Shown here: positions 1-6,979 of the stretch, one piece after another
How the letters are laid out: every line of letters starts with the position of its first letter
Position numbering within the stretch: the first letter of the stretch is position 1
Source: Salpingoeca rosetta
Taxonomy: Eukaryota; Protista; Choanoflagellata
Reading direction: 5' to 3'
Assembly (NCBI GenBank): GCA_033442325.1
Contig: JAWQFM010000009.1
Location: 1 to 8,969, forward strand
Length of the DNA: 8,969 nt
The notes under the pieces: model-generated
What the model saw: the letters and a program-made list of their open reading frames with translations, nothing else
Database searches by the model: none
Told to the model about the DNA's origin: nothing
Made by a program: the position numbers and the translations under genes

Positions 1-605
1 TTTCCTGTTTTGGGGTGAATTACCGGCAAACGGTGCTGGCCTCGATGACACAAGTGTGAGCCGTTCATAGCTGCTTGCGTGAGGCCACCTTGCCTGCGCT
101 CAAACTCGTACATGCCTTGGATGAATGCTGCTGTGAAGCCACGTGCGCGAAAGTGGCGGCGGCCCGATCCACTGCCCCTCATGGGAGCGCCTGTTGCCCG
201 AATGGGGGCGTAGTGAATCGCCGTATGGAGATACTCTCCTCTGCAGTCGTACACGAGTTCGGCCACGCGCACAACGTGCTTCATCTCCTGGAAGAGGCAC
301 CGTCGCCACTGGAGCACTTGCTCGTCGTCTGCCTCGCGAAGTGGGTGAAACCGGCGGCGGCCTCGGGGATTCGACAGAGCGCCCCTTGCCTGGGTATCGC
401 GGTGGCTTTGAAGCGTCAGTGGTGCGTCGCCGTCAACAGTGAAGAGCCCAAACTGTTCGCTGATCTCCCTCTCGTCTTTCACCTTGCATTCATATGGAAG
501 AAACGTGCGGAACCATTGCCATTTTGGACCCGCGGAGCTCACGTACACGTCGGTGGCGTCCACGTCTGGATCGTGTCGCCGGGAGCTCTTGCGCTTATCC
601 GCCAT
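1..605 (-). CDS. Gene A, second copy (5' part; runs off the window start)
   Basis: 1-605 matches 5622-6226. ATG at 605-603; SHLCH codons at about 45-59. Confidence 0.85.
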   Translation of the reverse strand, partial: MADKRKSSRRHDPDVDATDVYVSSAGPKWQWFRTFLPYECKVKDEREISEQFGLFTVDGDAPLTLQSHRDTQARGALSNPRGRRRFHPLREADDEQVLQWRRCLFQEMKHVVRVAELVYDCRGEYLHTAIHYAPIRATGAPMRGSGSGRRHFRARGFTAAFIQGMYEFERRQGGLTQAAMNGSHLCHRGQHRLPVIHPKTG

Positions 606-698
606 CGTTGTCACTCCGCTTGAATGACAGAAGCATGGATGCCTACTGCTTCCTCATCCATCACACACATCCACACAACACGCAGCCAGCCCCTTGCC

Positions 699-761
699 AG
701 ATCTAGTGATTTTCCTAAATCTAGTGTTTTTTCTACATCTAGTGTTTTTGCTCAATCTAGC
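699..761 (+). repeat. Degenerate 18-bp repeat (ATCTAGTG core) x 3.5 between the divergent genes A and B
   Basis: TCTAG at 702, 720, 738 and 756, exactly 18 nt apart. Confidence 0.85.
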
Positions 762-1259
762 TGGTGGCTGGTAACACGCAAATACGTGAAGTCGCGGGAC
801 GATTGTCATTTCCATGGCAAACCCAGCAACACAGCGCCGTCGCCCTGAGGAACTCGCCGCAGTTACATCGCACTCGTGCCTGCCTCATCGTACATGGCGC
901 CCCCCAGACAACGGAGGGCAATTGATGCAACGTGGTTGCCGGGTGCTTGCAATGACAAGCTGCACAGTCCCCTGTTGCAAGGAAAATCGTTTGTTACGAA
1001 GGTACACGGACACAGAAGGCACACACTGGCACGGCATCATGCGTGCTTCCGTGGCGGTGTTTACGGATGGATCATTTTCTCGCTGATCCTGAAACAACAA
1101 TCATGCGCGGACCCAGGCTTGCCAGACCAAGAACCCTCGGTGTGCGCCGCCGGAGGCAAGCTCCAAGCCACATTTGCTCAGGTGGACGCCATGTGGGCTA
1201 CGGGCCGTGTTCCGCCGAGGTCCTTTCGCCCTCCTGCTCGTGTTCGTCGACCGCTCGCC

Positions 1260-2870
1260 ATGGACGCCATGCAGACAGAAGCTCTCCCGATTCAGCAGCC
1301 ACATCAACACCCGTCGCATCAGCAACAGCAGCAGCGTGAGCAACAAGACGTAAGTGATTGACTCTCATTGTCCATGGCACATTGCTCTCTGCTGCTAGAT
1401 CTGTCTTTGTTGCTAGATCTGTCTTTGTTGCTAGATCTGTCTTTGTTGCTAGATCTGTCTTTGCTGCTAGATCTGTCTTTGCTGCTAGATCTGCCTTTGC
1501 TGCTAGATCTGTCTTTGGTGCTAGATCTGTCTTTGTTGCTAGATCTGTCTTTGTTGCTAGATCTGTCTTTGTTGCTAGATCTGTCTTTGTTGCTAGATCT
1601 GTCTTTGCTGCTAGATCTGCCTTTGCTGCTAGATCTGTCTTTGCTGCTAGATCTGTCTTTGTTGTTAGATCTGTCTTTGCTGCTAGATCTGTCTTCACGC
1701 AGAGTTGACCTGCATTCCTGCATTGCATCTCGTTTTATTTCACGCGCTACCGGTCCAAAACGAAAACACACACCTTCAACCAGGATGACGACAAGTCCCG
1801 TGTTCCTCAAGCAATGGCATCCACGCTGCAGCCCAGCCAAGACGTGCGGACCGCACGCACGGAGGCAGATGAATCGGGGAAGTCTACCACGCGCCATTCC
1901 CAACAGCAGCTAGAGGCGAGTTACTTCCATACCATCACGCAGAAACACACTCACATACAACACACAACTAACGCTTTGCTTGCCTGAACATGGCTGGTAA
2001 CATTGCCGTTTTGCACCCATGATGATCTCATCTCTACCACGGTACGACAACTCATCATAGCTCATTCATTCCTATGCACATATTCACACGCACACAGCCT
2101 CTGTTCAAGCAAGAGGACACCACTGAGCGGCAGAATGTTCTACAGGACGTGCGTCACGGGCACACACAATTCCGTTTCACATACACGCACACGCATGCGT
2201 GCAATCATGCACGCATATACATGCAGCGTTCATTCTTTTTGCCCATGAAACCCCACAGTCTTGTCTCCTCCTCTCACATTTGTGTCAACGTGATGCTTTA
2301 CAACGTGCCTTCCACTGCGTTAACGCCATAGGCCACACCCGAAGCAACGCAGCCTGAACAGCAGCAACCTGACCAGCAAGACGTAAGTGATTGACTCTCA
2401 TTGTCCATGGCACATTGCTCTCTGCTGCTAGATCTGCCTTTGTTGCTAGATCTGTCTTTGTTGCTAGATCTGTCTTTGCTGCTAGATCTGTCTTTGTTGC
2501 TAGATCTGTCTTTGTTGCTAGATCTGTCTTTGTTGCTAGATCTGTCTTTGTATTAGCGCTGCATACCGTACTGCTCAACACACACACACGCATACTCACA
2601 CACAAGGTAATTGTGCCCGAGACACCGCCGGAACTGCAGCCACAGACGGTTGACCAGCTGGATATGCAGCAGGAAGATGTGCTGCTCAACCACGATGATG
2701 TACGTGACGCCCTAGAATACAAACACTGTGTGCGTGAGCCATGCTCATAGGTTGTTGTTTGCTTCGGTGCTAGTCAGCCATACCACATGACGCTCCGCCC
2801 ATGTACGACTGCTCATCTCAGCTTGCATGGAATGGCTGATGCCCAGATCACGGATCTTTGCAAGTCATAC
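1260..2870 (+). CDS. Gene B copy 1 (spliced): exons 1260-1349, 1784-1915, 2098-2148, 2332-2382, 2607-2699, last exon from 2751 or 2847 into the N gap; Q/D/E-rich protein
   Basis: ATG in gccATGg context at 1260. Donors GTAAGT (1350), GCGAGT (1916), GTGCGT (2149), GTAAGT (2383), GTACGT (2700). Acceptors CCAG (1783), ACAG (2097), ATAG (2331), CAAG (2606), ATAG (2750) or CCAG (2846). All junctions are phase 0 and join without stops: MDAMQTEALPIQQPHQHPSHQQQQQREQQD|DDDKSRVPQ...SQQQLE|PLFKQEDTTERQNVLQD|ATPEATQPEQQQPDQQD|VIVPETPPEL...LLNHDD|... The true start could lie further upstream because the frame is open from 876. Confidence 0.65.
1394..1695 (+). repeat. 18-bp minisatellite (GCTAGATCTGTCTTTGYT) x ~17, inside gene B intron 1
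   Basis: Units start every 18 nt from 1394 to 1682, with GTT/GCT/GGT and GTC/GCC variants. Confidence 0.97.
2427..2550 (+). repeat. 18-bp minisatellite (GCTAGATCTGTCTTTGYT) x ~7, inside gene B intron 4
   Basis: Same unit as 1394-1695; starts from 2427 to 2535. Confidence 0.97.
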
Positions 2871-3761
2871 NNNNNNNNNNNNNNNNNNNNNNNNNNNNNN
2901 NNNNNNNNNNNNNNNNNNNNNNNNNNNNNNNNNNNNNNNNNNNNNNNNNNNNNNNNNNNNNNNNNNNNNNNNNNNNNNNNNNNNNNNNNNNNNNNNNNNN
3001 NNNNNNNNNNNNNNNNNNNNNNNNNNNNNNNNNNNNNNNNNNNNNNNNNNNNNNNNNNNNNNNNNNNNNNNNNNNNNNNNNNNNNNNNNNNNNNNNNNNN
3101 NNNNNNNNNNNNNNNNNNNNNNNNNNNNNNNNNNNNNNNNNNNNNNNNNNNNNNNNNNNNNNNNNNNNNNNNNNNNNNNNNNNNNNNNNNNNNNNNNNNN
3201 NNNNNNNNNNNNNNNNNNNNNNNNNNNNNNNNNNNNNNNNNNNNNNNNNNNNNNNNNNNNNNNNNNNNNNNNNNNNNNNNNNNNNNNNNNNNNNNNNNNN
3301 NNNNNNNNNNNNNNNNNNNNNNNNNNNNNNNNNNNNNNNNNNNNNNNNNNNNNNNNNNNNNNNNNNNNNNNNNNNNNNNNNNNNNNNNNNNNNNNNNNNN
3401 NNNNNNNNNNNNNNNNNNNNNNNNNNNNNNNNNNNNNNNNNNNNNNNNNNNNNNNNNNNNNNNNNNNNNNNNNNNNNNNNNNNNNNNNNNNNNNNNNNNN
3501 NNNNNNNNNNNNNNNNNNNNNNNNNNNNNNNNNNNNNNNNNNNNNNNNNNNNNNNNNNNNNNNNNNNNNNNNNNNNNNNNNNNNNNNNNNNNNNNNNNNN
3601 NNNNNNNNNNNNNNNNNNNNNNNNNNNNNNNNNNNNNNNNNNNNNNNNNNNNNNNNNNNNNNNNNNNNNNNNNNNNNNNNNNNNNNNNNNNNNNNNNNNN
3701 NNNNNNNNNNNNNNNNNNNNNNNNNNNNNNNNNNNNNNNNNNNNNNNNNNNNNNNNNNNNN
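2871..3761. other. Assembly gap (891 N), probably equivalent to 7720-8620 (901 bp) of copy 2
   Basis: The flanks match 7719 and 8621. Other gaps are at 4541-4640, 6761-6860 and 7302-7401 (100 N each). Confidence 0.85.
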
Positions 3762-4451
3762 AGCGCGTCGTCACAGTAAGCAGCTGTTACAGTGTGGTGT
3801 GTGCGTGGGTGCGTGTGTGAGCGTCTGCGTGTCTGCCATCTGAGTGTCAGTGTGCGTGTCTGTGTGTGCGTGTTAGTGAGTGTGTCTGCTCGTTGGTCTT
3901 CATGCGTGTTTGCTCTCCTCTGTACGATGTGTTGTCTGCAGAGAGAGCGATACTGTGGTTGGAACATCCGTTGGAACCTCCTCGGCCATGACTGCCACCA
4001 CCCTGAGGTGCGATTGTGTGTGTGTGTGTGTGTGTCTGTGTGTGTGTGTCTGTGTGTGTGTGTGTGTGTGTCTGTGTGTGTGTGTCTGTGTGTCTGTGTC
4101 TGTGTGTCTATGTCTGTGTCTGTGTCTGTGTGTCTGTGTGTGTGTCTGTGTGTGTGTCTGTGTGTCTGTGTCTGTGTGTCTGTGTCTGTGTGAGTGTCCG
4201 TGTTTGTGTCTGTGTGCTTGTGTGTGTCTGTGTGTGTATGTGTGTGTCTGTGTGTGTGTGTCTGTCTGTGTTCGTGTGCTTGTGTCTGTGTGTGTGTGTG
4301 TCTGTGTGTCTGTGTGTGTCTGTGTGTGTGCGTGCTCGTTGCTTCATGTGTGTATGCTCTCCTCTGTATGACGTGTTGTCTGCAGGGCGAGCGCTACCGT
4401 GGTTGGAACATCCGTTGGAACCTCCTCGGTCATGACTGCCAACACGCTGAG
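3762..4451 (+). CDS. Gene C copy 1, internal exons (..3775), 3942-4007 and 4386-4451; remainder lost in gap 4541-4640
   Basis: Two 66-nt exons, each bounded by TGTTGTCTGCAG| and |GTGCGA, encode [21 protein letters not shown] and [21 protein letters not shown]. 3762-3775 matches 8621-8634. Confidence 0.55.
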
Positions 4452-4540
4452 GTGCGATTGTCTGTGTGCGTGTGTGTGTGTGTCTGTGTGTGTGTGTGCC
4501 TGTGTGTGTGTGTGTGTGTGTCTGTGTGTCTGTGTCTGTG
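4016..4540 (+). repeat. (GT)n/(GTCT) compound microsatellites in gene C introns
   Basis: Directly visible at 4016-4330 and 4460-4540. Confidence 0.95.
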
Positions 4541-4640
4541 NNNNNNNNNNNNNNNNNNNNNNNNNNNNNNNNNNNNNNNNNNNNNNNNNNNNNNNNNNNN
4601 NNNNNNNNNNNNNNNNNNNNNNNNNNNNNNNNNNNNNNNN

Positions 4641-5350
4641 CTATATTCAGCTTAAATCTATATTCAGCAGAGAATCTAGATCCAGTATAAAATCTAGATC
4701 CAGTATAAAATCTAGATCCAGTACAAAATCTAGATCCAGCAGAGAATCTAGATCCAGTATAAAATCTATATTCAGCTTAAAATCTATATTCAGCAGAGAA
4801 TCTAGATCCAGTATAAAATCTATATTCAGCTTAAAATCTATATTCAGCAGAGAATCTAGATCCAGTATAAAATCTATATTCAGCTTGAAATCTATATTCA
4901 GCAGAGAATCTAGATCCAGTATAAAATCTATATTCAGCTTAAAATCTAGATCCAGCAGAGAATCTAGATCCAGTATAAAATCTATATTCAGCTTAAAATC
5001 AAGATCCAGCAGAGAATCTAGATCCAGTATAAAATCTATATTCAGCTTAAAATCTATATTCAGCAGAGAATCTAGATCCAGTATAAAATCTAGATCCAGT
5101 ATAAAATCTATATTCAGCAGAGAATCTAGATCCAGTATAAAATCTATATTCAGCTTAAAATCTAGATCCAGCAGAGAATCTAGATCCAGTATAAAATCTA
5201 TATTCAGCTTAAAATCTAGATCCAGTGTAAAATCTAGATCCAGTATACAATCTATATTCAGCTTAAAATCTAGATCCAGCAGAGAATCTAGATATAGATT
5301 TTACTAGATATAGATTTTCATCTAAATACAGTAGACAATCTAGATCTAGC
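4641..5350 (+). repeat. AT-rich 18-bp minisatellite, ~36 units with a 54-bp higher-order trimer and a degenerate tail at 5287-5350
   Basis: Variants TCTAGATCCAGTATAAAA (C), TCTATATTCAGCTTAAAA (A), TCTATATTCAGCAGAGAA (B) and TCTAGATCCAGCAGAGAA (D), mostly ordered C-A-B or C-A-D. The 18-nt period is strict from 4657 to 5286. Confidence 0.97.
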
Positions 5351-5437
5351 AAAGCTTGACAGGTGCAGGTGTTGGTGCGTCAATGCAATGCGCTTCGCTT
5401 TAATTGGTTCGCTGACAAGGCGGCGTTGACAACACAC

Positions 5438-6226
5438 TCACACGCGTTTCCCAAACATGCGATAGATGGACTCTGGTCCATGCACACGGCGCGCAGGAAG
5501 AAGGCAGGGCGGCTCGTGGATGCAGCCGCCGAGAATGCCAGGGCAGCCTTGGCGGCTGTTGTTGCGATGAACAGCTTCAAGGCAGCAGTGCGAGGGTCTG
5601 ATGCACTCCAGAAGCAGCTTCTTTCCTGTTTTGGGGTGAATTACCGGCAAACGGTGCTGGCCTCGATGACACAAGTGTGAGCCGTTCATAGCTGCTTGCG
5701 TGAGGCCACCTTGCCTGCGCTCAAACTCGTACATGCCTTGGATGAATGCTGCTGTGAAGCCACGTGCGCGAAAGTGGCGGCGGCCCGATCCACTGCCCCT
5801 CATGGGAGCGCCTGTTGCCCGAATGGGGGCGTAGTGAATCGCCGTATGGAGATACTCTCCTCTGCAGTCGTACACGAGTTCGGCCACGCGCACAACGTGC
5901 TTCATCTCCTGGAAGAGGCACCGTCGCCACTGGAGCACTTGCTCGTCGTCTGCCTCGCGAAGTGGGTGAAACCGGCGGCGGCCTCGGGGATTCGACAGAG
6001 CGCCCCTTGCCTGGGTATCGCGGTGGCTTTGAAGCGTCAGTGGTGCGTCGCCGTCAACAGTGAAGAGCCCAAACTGTTCGCTGATCTCCCTCTCGTCTTT
6101 CACCTTGCATTCATATGGAAGAAACGTGCGGAACCATTGCCATTTTGGACCCGCGGAGCTCACGTACACGTCGGTGGCGTCCACGTCTGGATCGTGTCGC
6201 CGGGAGCTCTTGCGCTTATCCGCCAT
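5438..6226 (-). CDS. Gene A: His-Cys box (zinc-binding His-Me finger) endonuclease, I-PpoI-like, 262 aa, intronless
   Basis: The ORF track lists 5438..6235 from a GTG; the first ATG is at 6226 (acaacgATGg). The C-terminus SHLCH-x20-CIRPSHCCLEAVHRNNSRQGCPGILGGCIHEPPCLLPARRVHGP aligns by eye with I-PpoI [51 protein letters not shown] (recalled from memory). The general-base His, the metal-binding Asn (E-x4-N-x2-R-x2-C) and the C-terminal Zn-ligand Cys/His positions are present. Confidence 0.88.
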   Translation of the reverse strand: MADKRKSSRRHDPDVDATDVYVSSAGPKWQWFRTFLPYECKVKDEREISEQFGLFTVDGDAPLTLQSHRDTQARGALSNPRGRRRFHPLREADDEQVLQWRRCLFQEMKHVVRVAELVYDCRGEYLHTAIHYAPIRATGAPMRGSGSGRRHFRARGFTAAFIQGMYEFERRQGGLTQAAMNGSHLCHRGQHRLPVIHPKTGKKLLLECIRPSHCCLEAVHRNNSRQGCPGILGGCIHEPPCLLPARRVHGPESIYRMFGKRV

Positions 6227-6319
6227 CGTTGTCACTCCGCTTGAATGACAGAAGCATGGATGCCTACTGCTTCCTCATCCATCACACACATCCACACAAC
6301 ACGCAGCCAGCCCCTTGCC

Positions 6320-6382
6320 AGATCTAGTGATTTTCCTAAATCTAGTGTTTTTTCTACATCTAGTGTTTTTGCTCAATCTAGC
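6320..6382 (+). repeat. Copy 2 of the degenerate 18-bp ATCTAGTG repeat
   Basis: Matches 699-761 at offset 5621. Confidence 0.85.
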
Positions 6383-6979
6383 TGGTGGCTGGTAACACGC
6401 AAATACGTGAAGTCGCGGGACGATTGTCATTTCCATGGCAAACCCAGCAACACAGCGCCGTCGCCCTGAGGAACTCGCCGCAGTTACATCGCACTCGTGC
6501 CTGCCTCATCGTACATGGCGCCCCCCAGACAACGGAGGGCAATTGATGCAACGTGGTTGCCGGGTGCTTGCAATGACAAGCTGCACAGTCCCCTGTTGCA
6601 AGGAAAATCGTTTGTTACGAAGGTACACGGACACAGAAGGCACACACTGGCACGGCATCATGCGTGCTTCCGTGGCGGTGTTTACGGATGGATCATTTTC
6701 TCGCTGATCCTGAAACAACAATCATGCGCGGACCCAGGCTTGCCAGACCAAGAACCCTCGNNNNNNNNNNNNNNNNNNNNNNNNNNNNNNNNNNNNNNNN
6801 NNNNNNNNNNNNNNNNNNNNNNNNNNNNNNNNNNNNNNNNNNNNNNNNNNNNNNNNNNNNTGTGCGCCGCCGGAGGCAAGCTCCAAGCCACATTTGCTCA
6901 GGTGGACGCCATGTGGGCTACGGGCCGTGTTCCGCCGAGGTCCTTTCGCCCTCCTGCTCGTGTTCGTCGACCGCTCGCC

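Noticed and set aside
75-623. Plus-strand 182-aa ORF containing HEFGH (HExxH zincin-like motif); also 5696-6244
   Set aside because: It is the antisense shadow of the nuclease gene with a non-ATG start. The motif is most likely chance.
1394-1695. CRISPR array interpretation of the 18-bp repeats (also 4641-5292)
   Set aside because: The units are contiguous with no unique spacers, no cas genes are present, and the context is eukaryotic.
1198-1913. Repeat-protein ORFs (KTDLAA, KDRSSS, ARSVFV, LLLDLS)
   Set aside because: These are translations of a stop-free 18-bp satellite open in several frames, lying inside a predicted GT-AG intron.
765-2002. 12-bp direct repeat TGGCTGGTAACA at 765-776 and 1991-2002
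   Set aside because: A single short match with no supporting structure, and it does not bound any recognisable insertion.
2195-2216. 9-bp stem hairpin ATGCGTGCA-ATCA-TGCACGCAT
   Set aside because: It lies in alternating purine-pyrimidine intron sequence where such stems arise easily by chance.
2787-3967. Long ORFs of 308-384 aa
   Set aside because: They are artefacts of the 891-N gap. Only the 2787-2870 portion matches gene B's last exon.
3792-4690. Cys/Val-rich and Thr/His-rich ORFs (also 8331-8852)
   Set aside because: These are translations of (GT)n/(AC)n microsatellites, not metallothionein-like proteins.
4399-5307. 302-aa SR-like ORF (KSRSSI/KSIFSR)
   Set aside because: It is a satellite translation bridged across an N gap, with no independent coding evidence.
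5606-5644. 39-nt in-frame intron (GTAATT...GAG, minus strand) in gene A
   Set aside because: It is very short, has a weak GAG acceptor, and the frame is open without splicing.
4641-6400. Group I intron or rDNA host for the endonuclease; I-PpoI target CTCTCTTAAGGTAGC
   Set aside because: I recognised no conserved rRNA segments, group I core elements or I-PpoI site by eye. An Infernal search is needed to be certain.
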